A DNA stretch of 64,000 nt from Bdellovibrionales bacterium (lineage in GTDB: Bacteria; Bdellovibrionota; Bdellovibrionia; Bdellovibrionales; JAGQZY01). The notes beneath the pieces were generated by a model. The model saw only the letters and a program-made list of their open reading frames with translations, was not told where the DNA came from and did not search any database. The stretch covers positions 1 to 64,000 of the forward strand of contig JANPLN010000062.1 of assembly GCA_031426555.1 (NCBI GenBank), written 5' to 3'. Made by a program: the position numbers and the translations under genes. Of the stretch, positions 40,185 through 49,735 are shown one piece after another (within the stretch, counting starts at the first letter, position 1; each line of letters opens with the position of its first letter).

Positions 40185-40781
40185 ATGAACAAGCGACTTG
40201 AAAAGAAAATGAATAAAAAGGCAAATTCAGATCCATTAATGGGAGCACCCGGCCACACGTCAGCGGACATGGCACCAAGTTCGAAAAAAAGTGATTCCTC
40301 TAAAAGTATGGCGAAAGAGGATCGTGACCAAGACTCTTCTCAGGAGACTGCCTCTGAGGTGTCTGACGACGCAGGCTCGGTGGATTCCGTTCTTTCCTCT
40401 CTGGGATCCGTCTTTGGTGAGGAAAACATTGATAAACTAAAAACTCTTATCGAAGAGAATTCGCGCAATGCTGAAGAAAAAATCATGAAGTTTCTTCGCA
40501 GTATCACACCGAACACGGAAGATATGAGAATGCCAAAGTTGTCGGACGCGAAAAAGCATCCAGTCGCCGCTGCCAGCGCTGTGGCCGCAGGCATTGGAAC
40601 AGTCTTTTTGCTTCGCGCTTACCTAAAGAACGGCAACACTGAAAATGAAGAAACTCAAGATTCAGGTAACAAGGCCAAGAAGAAACAGACCTCTGTCGCT
40701 CGTAAGGCGAGTTCTAAAACCTCTAAAGGGACGAAGGCTTCCAAAGCCAAAAGCTCGGCTGGAAAACTAAAAAAGAGGTAA
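40185..40781 (+). CDS. Hydrophilic protein with a TM and Lys/Ser-rich tail
   Basis: GAGGAG RBS; KKHPVAAA followed by a TM. Confidence 0.6.
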   Translation: MNKRLEKKMNKKANSDPLMGAPGHTSADMAPSSKKSDSSKSMAKEDRDQDSSQETASEVSDDAGSVDSVLSSLGSVFGEENIDKLKTLIEENSRNAEEKIMKFLRSITPNTEDMRMPKLSDAKKHPVAAASAVAAGIGTVFLLRAYLKNGNTENEETQDSGNKAKKKQTSVARKASSKTSKGTKASKAKSSAGKLKKR

Positions 40782-40988
40782 GTAATTCACTCAATTGTTC
40801 CAATTCAGTCCCGAAAAAAAAGGGTAAAAAAAATACAATTCGAACGCCTCTACGTTGCGCCCGCTTTCTATAGGGGCGCAGGCCCTACATCCAGAATTTT
40901 GTGCGTTTACTAAGAAATCTTCACACACACGACGAGTCAAATCCGATATTGTGCTAGGTTTTAAACAGATATGGCTGGGCTTTGAAAA

Positions 40989-42818
40989 ATGTTTCGTTTC
41001 CTTAAGGATCAATTTATAGATATTTTGCTGGCAGGTACTGTCGGCAAACATCGCTTTGGCGTTGAAAATCGAATCACAATCTTTACTAATGTTACCGGCC
41101 TTGTTGGTTTGGTATTCGGCATCCTTTATTATTTTCAGCTAGACAGGTTTAGCGTTGAGGGTGTCTTTAATATTGTCTATTTGGTTGTCGCCTCGCTGGC
41201 CGCTTCGATTATAATTCTTAATCTCTTGGGAAGGCAGCAATTTGCTAAATTGGTTACTGTTTTGTTGCTCATTTCGTCGGGTTGGCATGCTATGTTTTTC
41301 TTTGGAAAATCCTTTAACGGCTATCAATTATTTTTTGTAGCCATCGTCTTTAGCGCAACTGCATTTTCGAGCAAAACCAAACTGATACGATGGACAATGC
41401 TCGGGCTTTCATTACTTTGCCTGCCGGCGGCTGACTATTTTTCCCATAGAAAACTTCTGCCAGTGACAGACCTTAATTCGGGGAATGAACCGTTGGGGTT
41501 TTTGTTAATGGATACCGCACTCGTATCTTTTAGTCTGGTGGCATTGTTACTCCTAGAAAAATTCTTTGCGGAAAAAAACGAATCTGAGCTAATTTTATTA
41601 AATAAGAATCTTGAGGAGATTGTCGCTAAGCGAACGGCGCTTTTGGATTCGGCTCGCGAAGAGGCTATGACTGCGAGTCGTGCAAAATCTCGTTTCGTCG
41701 CAAATACTTCCCATGAATTAAGAACGCCATTAAATTCAATCATTGGCTTTGTGGATTTATTGCTGGATGCAAAGCTTGAGGAATCAGAGCGACGACGCTT
41801 TCTAGAGATTATAAAACGCAGTGGAAATCAGCTGCTGCAAATCGTAAACGACATCTTGGATCTCTCCAAAATCGAAGCCGAAAAAATGGATATCGAAGAG
41901 CATGTGTTTTCACCCCAGGAAATGCTTGAAGAAGTTAAAAATATGATGACATTAAAAGCTGTTGATAAGGGATTAGGCTTTAAGTTCGAAAGTCGCCAAG
42001 TTCTTCCCAAAAAAGTGGTGAGTGATCCGCTGCGAATCAAACAAATTCTGGTAAATCTCATTGGCAATGCTGTAAAATTTACGTCCAAAGGTGGAATCGT
42101 GGTGACTGTGCAGGTGATTCCTCAGAGTGATCAGCTTGTCATTTTGCAATATGATATTTCCGATACGGGGCCGGGGATCTCGGTCGAAAATGTGGATTAT
42201 CTGTTTAGACCCTTTTCTCAGCTGGACAGCTCTCTCAATCGTAACTTCGGTGGCTCAGGTCTTGGGTTGTCGCTTTCAAAAAGTTTAGCCGAGCAACTCG
42301 GCGGTGAGTTGACGCTATTAGAATCAGAGCCAAACAAAGGTTCCACCTTCCGCTTTCGCATTCCGTGTAAAATGATTGAAAATGCAACATGGGAGCCATC
42401 GCTGAACTTAGAAAAAGACAAAAAAGCAGTCGATATTCTCAATGGTAAAAGAATTCTTTTGGTGGATGATTCTGTCGAGAATCAAATTCTTTCAGCTCTT
42501 TTCTTAAGGGGGGCAGGCGCCGAAGTCGATGTGGCAGAGAATGGCCAAATGGCGATCGAAATTTACGAAAAGCAGCAGCATTATTTTGATTTGATCCTTA
42601 TGGATTTACAAATGCCCATTCTCGATGGGTACGAAGCAACGCGAATTTTACGTGCTAAGGGGTACCAGGTGCCAATCATTGCATTCACGGCGCATGCCAT
42701 GAAGGATGAGTTGGAGAACGCAAAGTCGGCAGGATTTAATGACTGCCTCACAAAACCCATCAAACGTCAGATTCTGGCAGAAAAAGTAGCGGCTGTGTTA
42801 AATGTGAAGAAGCTTTAA
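40989..42818 (+). CDS. Hybrid sensor histidine kinase / receiver
   Basis: About six TMs; SHELRTPL; NAVKFT; DTGPG; GLGL; receiver LVDD...MDLQMP...KP. Confidence 0.95.
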   Translation: MFRFLKDQFIDILLAGTVGKHRFGVENRITIFTNVTGLVGLVFGILYYFQLDRFSVEGVFNIVYLVVASLAASIIILNLLGRQQFAKLVTVLLLISSGWHAMFFFGKSFNGYQLFFVAIVFSATAFSSKTKLIRWTMLGLSLLCLPAADYFSHRKLLPVTDLNSGNEPLGFLLMDTALVSFSLVALLLLEKFFAEKNESELILLNKNLEEIVAKRTALLDSAREEAMTASRAKSRFVANTSHELRTPLNSIIGFVDLLLDAKLEESERRRFLEIIKRSGNQLLQIVNDILDLSKIEAEKMDIEEHVFSPQEMLEEVKNMMTLKAVDKGLGFKFESRQVLPKKVVSDPLRIKQILVNLIGNAVKFTSKGGIVVTVQVIPQSDQLVILQYDISDTGPGISVENVDYLFRPFSQLDSSLNRNFGGSGLGLSLSKSLAEQLGGELTLLESEPNKGSTFRFRIPCKMIENATWEPSLNLEKDKKAVDILNGKRILLVDDSVENQILSALFLRGAGAEVDVAENGQMAIEIYEKQQHYFDLILMDLQMPILDGYEATRILRAKGYQVPIIAFTAHAMKDELENAKSAGFNDCLTKPIKRQILAEKVAAVLNVKKL

Positions 42819-42821
42819 ATT

Positions 42822-42850
42822 TTGACCCCTTGGCCCAACTGTGCTATAAA
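42822..42850 (+). promoter_or_regulatory. Sigma70 promoter of ssrA
   Basis: TTGACC-17-TATAAA with extended -10 TG. Confidence 0.75.
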
Positions 42851-42870
42851 ATAAGGAGAATAATCTATGT

Positions 42871-43220
42871 GGGGGCGTACTGGCTTCGACGTTGGTTGTG
42901 CAGCTTAAGGAGCATACCGGGGACGCATGAGGACCCCGTTAAAAACGTGCAATTGTTATTTGGCGATCAATTCGCTTTTGCAGCTTAATTAAAAGCTGTT
43001 GCTGACCACGTAGCCTGCTAGCGGCGATGTGCGAAGTATAACTCAAAGCTAGCTCGATTCTTGGGTGTTGTTGCGAGCCTAAGCGTTTAAAAATTTCGGG
43101 GCAAGGGTTGCGAAAGTTTGTCGATGGAAGTTTGCAACCGTCATTAAGCACCGACTAAGTATGAAGCGCCTTAATGTGAATCACTTACGGACCCGGGTTC
43201 AACTCCCGGCGCCTCCACCA
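42871..43220 (+). ncRNA. ssrA: tmRNA, tag (A)GDQFAFAA
   Basis: 5' GGGGGCG...TTCGAC; 3' T-arm ccgggttcaactcccgg plus cgcctccACCA with G3.U pair; tag ORF at 42962-42988. Confidence 0.96.
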
Positions 43221-43257
43221 TTTTTAAAACTGATTCGAACCGGTCAGTTTGCCGGTA

Positions 43258-44154
43258 TCAGCGAATCTCTTGGCTGAGAAAATCAATAAATGCTTTAGTT
43301 TTTGCAGGTAGGTAATCTTTTGATGGATAAAGGAGCCACGAGTTTGCATTGAACTCGGTCGCAGTTGCCAAGTAACTTGGGAAGATGTCGATGAGCTGGC
43401 CCTGGGCCAACTCATCTTGGATTAATACTTTAGCTAAAAGTGAGATCCCGTGCCCCATCAGCGCAGCTTCTTTTAAGACGAGTGCGTTCGAGGCACGCAA
43501 TTGACCTTTCACTTGCACAAGGTTTTCTTTCTGGCTGTTTTTAGACTTAAAGCGCCAGCCTGAGTTGAAGCCAGGGAACAGAAACTGATTGCAGCTGTGC
43601 TGTGCCAGATCCGTCGGTGCCTTGATCAAGGGGTTGGCTTTTAGATACTCTGGGCTTGCACAGACAATGTACTCCAGAGCGGTGAGCTTTTTTGCCACGA
43701 ATGAAGAGTCATCAAGGTGTCCAAAACGGATCGCCACGTCTACCCGTTGTTCCAACAGATTAAGCACTGTATCCGTGATCAAATAATCAATTTCAATATC
43801 AGGATACATTTTAAAAAATTTTGGTAGTAGCGGATTGATAATCAACATCCCGAACGATACTGGGCTGGTCAAACGAATGACTCCGCTCGGTTTGCGTTTT
43901 CGATCCTTTAAAAATGTTTTTAAAGATTTCAGCTGATCAATCAGCGGCTCAACACGTTGATAGAAAGCCTGCCCTTCTTCCGTGAGCGCAAGCTTCCGAG
44001 TTGTGCGTTGAAACAGCTTTACCGTTAAATCTTTTTCGAGCAGAGACACCGCTCTGGAAACAACCGATGGATCTAGATCCAAAGAGCGGCCGGCCTTAGC
44101 TAGACTTCCATCTCTGACGACTTGAATAAATACCGCTATTTTCTGCACATCCAT
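43258..44154 (-). CDS. LysR family regulator (CrgA/DmlR-like)
   Basis: HTH LFQRTTRKLALTEEG; PSGVIRLTSP; VDVAIRFG. Confidence 0.95.
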   Translation of the reverse strand: MDVQKIAVFIQVVRDGSLAKAGRSLDLDPSVVSRAVSLLEKDLTVKLFQRTTRKLALTEEGQAFYQRVEPLIDQLKSLKTFLKDRKRKPSGVIRLTSPVSFGMLIINPLLPKFFKMYPDIEIDYLITDTVLNLLEQRVDVAIRFGHLDDSSFVAKKLTALEYIVCASPEYLKANPLIKAPTDLAQHSCNQFLFPGFNSGWRFKSKNSQKENLVQVKGQLRASNALVLKEAALMGHGISLLAKVLIQDELAQGQLIDIFPSYLATATEFNANSWLLYPSKDYLPAKTKAFIDFLSQEIR

Positions 44155-44156
44155 TC

Positions 44157-44171
44157 ATGCAAATTTTGCAT
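44157..44171. promoter_or_regulatory. LysR box
   Basis: ATGCA-AATTT-TGCAT dyad containing T-N11-A, next to the lysR start. Confidence 0.65.
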
Positions 44172-44246
44172 TAAAGTAATGAAATTTACAATCTTTTAAA
44201 CATGATCATATCCGATTAACCTTGTTCTCAGACGAGGGAGAAAAAA

Positions 44247-45146
44247 ATGAAGAAACCAAAAGTAGGATTCATCGGCCTTGGCGGAATGGGCACGGGGATG
44301 TGCAAAAAGCTTCTTGAAGCTGGACACCCTGTGACAGTTTTTAATCGAACGTCATCTAAGGCTGAATCGATCAGGCAGCTTGGCGCAGAGATCAAAGACA
44401 CCCCAAGGCAGGTCGCAGAGAATGTGGAGATTCTGATCACGATGGTTTCCGATGACAAGGCTCTTAAAGACGTTGTTTTCGGAGATGATGGCGCACTAAA
44501 GGGACTACAGCCCGAGAGCATTCATATTTCCATGAGCACAATCAGTGAAAGTCTAGCTGAGACGCTCTCCAATGAACATCTTAAAACCAAAACGCATCAC
44601 ATAGGTGCGCCTGTGTTTGGTCGCCCACCTGCTGCGGCGGCGGGCAAGCTCTATATAATTGCTGGGGGAACAGAAGCTGCCATCGAAAGGTGCAGGGACA
44701 TCTTTACCAACCTCGGACAAAAGCTGGTTGTGGTCGGCACGGAACCGAAAAACGCACATCTCACAAAGATCCTAGGAAATTTTATGCTGTTCTCAGCAAT
44801 TGAAACCATGGCGGAAGCCATAGCGCACGCCAAAACCTCGGGCTTAGATGAGCGTATATTCTTAGAGGCCATGACTTCAACAATTTTTAATTCTCCTCTC
44901 TACTCAAACTACGGAACGATGATGGTGGATAAAAATTTTCCAACGAGCGGAGCCGTAAGTTTTCAGCTTGCATTGAAAGATGTGAGCCTCGTTTTGCAAA
45001 GCTCTGCAACTCAGAACACAACACTGCCCGTAGCAGAGTTTTTGCGAGGTCGATTGAAGCATGGTATTGAAACTGGGTACGAAAATTATGACGTGAGCGC
45101 TTTGGTTGAGTTAGCGGCCGGGCTTCACAAAACTGAAAGGGTTTAA
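44247..45146 (+). CDS. Beta-hydroxyacid dehydrogenase family NAD(P)-dependent oxidoreductase
   Basis: GFIGLGGMG, FNRT, SMSTI, APVFG, catalytic K..GN. Confidence 0.92.
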   Translation: MKKPKVGFIGLGGMGTGMCKKLLEAGHPVTVFNRTSSKAESIRQLGAEIKDTPRQVAENVEILITMVSDDKALKDVVFGDDGALKGLQPESIHISMSTISESLAETLSNEHLKTKTHHIGAPVFGRPPAAAAGKLYIIAGGTEAAIERCRDIFTNLGQKLVVVGTEPKNAHLTKILGNFMLFSAIETMAEAIAHAKTSGLDERIFLEAMTSTIFNSPLYSNYGTMMVDKNFPTSGAVSFQLALKDVSLVLQSSATQNTTLPVAEFLRGRLKHGIETGYENYDVSALVELAAGLHKTERV

Positions 45147-45150
45147 TCAA

Positions 45151-45942
45151 ATGGGAAAATTAGAATCACTGAATTTAAAAAAGCTAGTTGGAATTTTACT
45201 TGCTGGCTTTTTATCCGCCGAAGTTTGCTGGTCCGCCCAAAGCTCAGTGCCCGAAGCGAAACCGAAAGTTTTATTCGTACTCACGAGCCATGACGAAATA
45301 AAAACGAAGGGTACTAAAACTGGATTTTGGCTTTCAGAGCTCACACATCCTTTTTTTGAATTCACAAACAACGGAGTCGACACTGATATCGTCTCCATCG
45401 GCGGTGGTGATGCACCTATAGAGCCGCGAAGCCTAAAACTGGAAGATCCAGAAAATAAAAAATTCATGGCTGAGCATAAAAAACGACTCAAGAATCTGCG
45501 CCGATTAAGCTCGGTCGATGCAAAGAACTACAAAGCGATTTACTTTGTGGGCGGCCACGGTGCGATGTGGGATTTTGTAGATTCCAAAATTGTATCGTCG
45601 GTGGCTTTAGCAATCTATGATAACAGTGGCGTGGTCGCCGCCGTTTGCCACGGACCCGCCGCCTTCGCCAGTATTCAAAAGCCAGATGGAGTCTATCTTG
45701 TAAAAGGCAAGAAGGTCGCTGGTTTTTCTAACGATGAAGAAAAAGCGATCCAGCATGAGAAGCATGTGCCCTTTTTACTAGAAGATAAGCTTAAGCAAAT
45801 TGGTGGCATCTACTCGAAAGCCAGTGTGTTTCAAGCTCACGTGGTGGTCGATCAACGGATTGTAAGTGGTCAAAATCCTGCATCCGCCAAAGCCGTAGCA
45901 AAAGAAGTCCTAAAACTAATCCAGCCTAAGGAAGCCTTATGA
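45151..45942 (+). CDS. DJ-1/PfpI (Hsp31-like) protein with signal peptide
   Basis: TGFWLSELTHP, GGHGAMWD, AVCHGP, GQNPAS. Confidence 0.92.
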   Translation: MGKLESLNLKKLVGILLAGFLSAEVCWSAQSSVPEAKPKVLFVLTSHDEIKTKGTKTGFWLSELTHPFFEFTNNGVDTDIVSIGGGDAPIEPRSLKLEDPENKKFMAEHKKRLKNLRRLSSVDAKNYKAIYFVGGHGAMWDFVDSKIVSSVALAIYDNSGVVAAVCHGPAAFASIQKPDGVYLVKGKKVAGFSNDEEKAIQHEKHVPFLLEDKLKQIGGIYSKASVFQAHVVVDQRIVSGQNPASAKAVAKEVLKLIQPKEAL

Positions 45943-46359
45943 GTCTAGTCTTTTCCGCAATAGTAACAGTGACTGGAGGGCGAGCCACGACTGAGCCTTC
46001 GGTTTTACGGCAATAACATTCGCATGAACAAGTTTGCGAACATGATCGAATTGTTTTAACCTGAACGAATTGGCTTGGGCCGCCAGGATTTGTACTTCAC
46101 GAACTGTATTCGCCATGAAGCCCCCTTTCTTGCCCGAGCAGCTCGATCACCCCGTTGGATTTTGCGGAATGCTCAAGGCTCGCTGAAAAAAGATCGTCTT
46201 CCTCTAAACTCGGCGTGGAGACCTGACTTATTGACGCGGGTGACTTTTTCGAGGTCCTGAACTGTGGTGCCTGCAAAACCGCGCCTCCAGAACAATTGGA
46301 TAGATTTTTCAAGCAGTTCTCTGCGATATTAAACTGAACAGTTCAAAAAGGAGAATCCA

Positions 46360-47127
46360 ATGGGTACGGCAATCAACAAGGTAAATCATAAATTAAATGG
46401 CAAAATAGCTCTCATTACAGGTGGCAACTCAGGAATTGGCCTCGCCACTGCAAAACTTCTCAAGGAGCACGGCGCGAAAGTGATCATCACGGCACGCTCC
46501 GCGGAGACATTCTCCAAGTCGCAAAAGGAATACGGATCGCAATTTGAGGTAATACAAACCGACGTCTCAAAACTGAGTGATCTTGATAGGCTGTACAGTT
46601 CAATCAAAGCCAATCACGGCGGCATTGATATTCTTTTTGCGAATGCCGGTGTAGCGCTCTTTCGTCCCACGGCAGACGTTGATGAAAATTTTTTTGATAA
46701 CCAATTCGATACCAACGTGAAAGGACTCTACTTTACGGTTTCGAGGGCCCTAGCGCTGCTAAATCCAGGAAGTTCAGTTATTTTGAATGCTTCAGTCGTA
46801 GCAAACAAAGGCATTGCTGGCGCGTCGGTTTATTCAGCGACGAAAGCAACGGTTCGAAGTTTTGCAAGGTCTTGGACTGCCGAGGTTCCGACGTCTCGCT
46901 TCAATGTTTTATCGCCGGGTCCGATAGAAACTCCGATTTACGGAAAAATGGGAATGTCGGCTGCTGAGGTGAAAGGCTTCTCTGAAAATATGATGGCGAG
47001 TGTTCCGGCAAAGCGATTTGGATCAGCCGAAGAAATGGCAAAAGTGGTCCTATTTCTTGCTTCGGACGACTCAAGCTATTTATATGGTGCGGATTTGGTT
47101 GCGGATGGCGGCTTCGGACAAGTCTAA
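46360..47127 (+). CDS. Short-chain dehydrogenase/reductase
   Basis: TGGNSGIG, ANAG, YSATK. Confidence 0.93.
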   Translation: MGTAINKVNHKLNGKIALITGGNSGIGLATAKLLKEHGAKVIITARSAETFSKSQKEYGSQFEVIQTDVSKLSDLDRLYSSIKANHGGIDILFANAGVALFRPTADVDENFFDNQFDTNVKGLYFTVSRALALLNPGSSVILNASVVANKGIAGASVYSATKATVRSFARSWTAEVPTSRFNVLSPGPIETPIYGKMGMSAAEVKGFSENMMASVPAKRFGSAEEMAKVVLFLASDDSSYLYGADLVADGGFGQV

Positions 47128-47132
47128 GCGCT

Positions 47133-49067
47133 TTAGAGTTCAATCTGCATTCCAATTTCTACAACCCTGTCTTTTGGAAGCTGAAAGTAATCGGTGGCTG
47201 AGATTTCGTTTCGCGAAATTAAACTGAATATTTTTTCGCGCCAAAGGGCCATACCTGGTCTGTCCGTCGCAAACAGACTTTGTCGTCCAATGATGTAACT
47301 GATCTTGCTATGATCCACATCAATGGTCCCGAACTTCAGGTCGCGAATATCCCGGGGCACATCGGGAAGCTCCAAGTATCCATAATGTAACGTTACATGG
47401 AATTTACGGTCCCCAAAATCGACGACCTTGGAGCGCTCCGCTGCATTGACTATCGGATATTTACTGATCGAAACCGATAAAAATATTAAATTTCGATGGA
47501 CCGTCTTAAAGTGCTCGTAGGTATGCACAAGGGAGTAGGGCGCAAGAGTTAAACTTCGGTTTAAATAGACAGCAGTTCCGTCGATGCGATTTGGATTTTC
47601 CGTATCGAGATCACTCAGGAATTTGTCGAGCGGAATCATTTTTTCCGCCATCCTTAACGCTAAAAGCTTACGTCCTGAATACCACGTTGTCATAATTGTA
47701 AAGCCCACCATTCCCACCAAAAGTGGAAACCAGCCGCCTTCGAAGATTTTTAAAAGATTGGCGCCCCAAAAACCAAGATCTATAATTAAGAAAAATCCGC
47801 ACAAGGCTCCAGCAACAAATCGGCTCCATCCCCATTTTTCACGGGCGACAACGTAAAACAGAATGGTTGTAATGATCATGGTTGTCGTCACCGCAAGCCC
47901 GTAGGCCGAAGCAAGATTGCTTGATGTTTTAAAGGCGAAAACTAAACCAATGGCTCCAACCATTAAAAAACGACTCATATTCTTTACGTAGATTTGTCCC
48001 GATTCTTTTTCAGACGTATGCGATATGTGTAACCGAGGGGAATATTTATGCTGAACCGCCTGCATGGTGATGGAAAAGACTCCGGTGATCAAAGCTTGCG
48101 AAGCGATGGTCGTTGCTAGCGCAGCAAGGATTACCAACGGATAAAGGGCCCACGTCGGCGCCAGTAAAAAAAAAGGATTTTCAATGGCTTCAGGCATTCT
48201 TAGGAGGAGCGCACCTTGACCAAAATAGTTGAGGGTTAACGCTGGCAAGGCCACAAAAAACCAAGCTTGGGTAATGGGTCTTTTACCAAAGTGTCCAAGA
48301 TCTGAATAAAGCGCTTCGCCACCCGTCACCACAAGAAACACCGAGCCCAGGGCAATAAATCCATACCAGAGATTCGTCTGAAAAAACGAAAATACGTAGA
48401 TTGGATTAAGCGCCTTTAGTATTTCTGGCGTCTGGAAAATACTGTTTACACCTAAAATCCCTATGACAATAAACCAAGCTAGAGTGACAGGGCCAAATAT
48501 TTTTCCAACCGCGCTTGTTCCGTGCTTCTGAATCGAAAAAAGCCCAACCAAGATCCCTACGGTCACCCAAGTGACGTAGGGTTGAAACACGGGTGTAATC
48601 AAACTCAATCCCTCAACGGCACTCAAAATGGAAATTGCCGGTGTGATCATTCCATCACCATAAAGCAAAGCCGTTCCGAACAATCCAAGCATGATCAGCA
48701 ATTTTCTTCCCTTGGAAAATCGCTTGGACTCGTCAATCAGTCTATCGTCTGAGTCTGCATAGGGCCCATCCTCCGAAGCTGATGGCGTAATGAGAGATGT
48801 AAGAGCTAGAATTCCGCCCTCTCCTTTATCGTCCGCGCGAAGAATAAACCCTAAATATTTAAACGAGATCACGAGCATGAGCGACCAAAATATCAGCGAT
48901 AAGAGCCCCATCACATTCTGAGGGTCTGCAATCATATGATGACCGGGATGAAAAGCCTCTTTGAGAGCATAGAGTGGACTGGTTCCAATATCCCCGTAAA
49001 CAACTCCAAGAGCAGCGAGTGCAACGACATATTTATAAGATGGTGTATTCGATTTTGTTTGGGACAT
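47133..49067 (-). CDS. kup: Potassium uptake permease Kup
   Basis: GVVYGDIGTSPLY, GEGG, TGGEALYSDLGHFG; likely start MSQTK. Confidence 0.97.
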   Translation of the reverse strand: MSQTKSNTPSYKYVVALAALGVVYGDIGTSPLYALKEAFHPGHHMIADPQNVMGLLSLIFWSLMLVISFKYLGFILRADDKGEGGILALTSLITPSASEDGPYADSDDRLIDESKRFSKGRKLLIMLGLFGTALLYGDGMITPAISILSAVEGLSLITPVFQPYVTWVTVGILVGLFSIQKHGTSAVGKIFGPVTLAWFIVIGILGVNSIFQTPEILKALNPIYVFSFFQTNLWYGFIALGSVFLVVTGGEALYSDLGHFGKRPITQAWFFVALPALTLNYFGQGALLLRMPEAIENPFFLLAPTWALYPLVILAALATTIASQALITGVFSITMQAVQHKYSPRLHISHTSEKESGQIYVKNMSRFLMVGAIGLVFAFKTSSNLASAYGLAVTTTMIITTILFYVVAREKWGWSRFVAGALCGFFLIIDLGFWGANLLKIFEGGWFPLLVGMVGFTIMTTWYSGRKLLALRMAEKMIPLDKFLSDLDTENPNRIDGTAVYLNRSLTLAPYSLVHTYEHFKTVHRNLIFLSVSISKYPIVNAAERSKVVDFGDRKFHVTLHYGYLELPDVPRDIRDLKFGTIDVDHSKISYIIGRQSLFATDRPGMALWREKIFSLISRNEISATDYFQLPKDRVVEIGMQIEL

Positions 49068-49086
49068 TTTTATTCCTCGTGGATTG

Positions 49087-49716
49087 CTAAGAATGATCGC
49101 GTTTAAGGTTAAATGCAATCAAATTTGGCTGCCGATAATGATTGGCTCGAATGTTTTTTTGCGCGAGCTTCGCAGTTTGGGAGACTCGCTTTAAACGAGT
49201 TTGCTCGGTCTTCGCTAGAGCAATCCACTCCAGAATGGCCCTTTTGGAAGACGGCGGAAATTTTTCAAAATGAGTTTTTGCATGAGAATATTTTTTGAAC
49301 TCTCGTACTAAATCTGGCGGAATCTTTCCTGAATCCACTTCTTTTAATTTGCTCCAGCTTCCATTTTTTTTGGCCGCATTGATTGCTGCAAGGCCGGCGT
49401 CGGTCATTAACTTTGTTTTAATAAGCTTTGCAACTCTGTCGCGATTTACCTTGGACCACGCACTTTTTGGATTTCGTGGCGACAGCCGCAGCATTTTTCG
49501 ATCTTTATCAAGAGCCCGCGGCAGACTATCCACCCATCCAAAACAAAGAGCTTCTTCGACAATAGAGTCGTAATCTAAATACCATTGAATTTTGGATTTT
49601 TTAAAAGTGACAAGCCAAATGCTTGAGCTTTTGGCGTGATTCGCCTTTAGCCACTTGCGCAGCTCCGTCCGAGACTTCACTTCAATTTTTATTAAATCCT
49701 TCTTATCGCCCTTCAT
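49087..49716 (-). CDS. YdeI/OmpD-associated family protein
   Basis: EEALCFGWVDS, PRNPKSAWSKVN, AKTEQTRLKR. Confidence 0.9.
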   Translation of the reverse strand: MKGDKKDLIKIEVKSRTELRKWLKANHAKSSSIWLVTFKKSKIQWYLDYDSIVEEALCFGWVDSLPRALDKDRKMLRLSPRNPKSAWSKVNRDRVAKLIKTKLMTDAGLAAINAAKKNGSWSKLKEVDSGKIPPDLVREFKKYSHAKTHFEKFPPSSKRAILEWIALAKTEQTRLKRVSQTAKLAQKNIRANHYRQPNLIAFNLKRDHS

Positions 49717-49735
49717 TCCCGTTCCCCATAAATTT

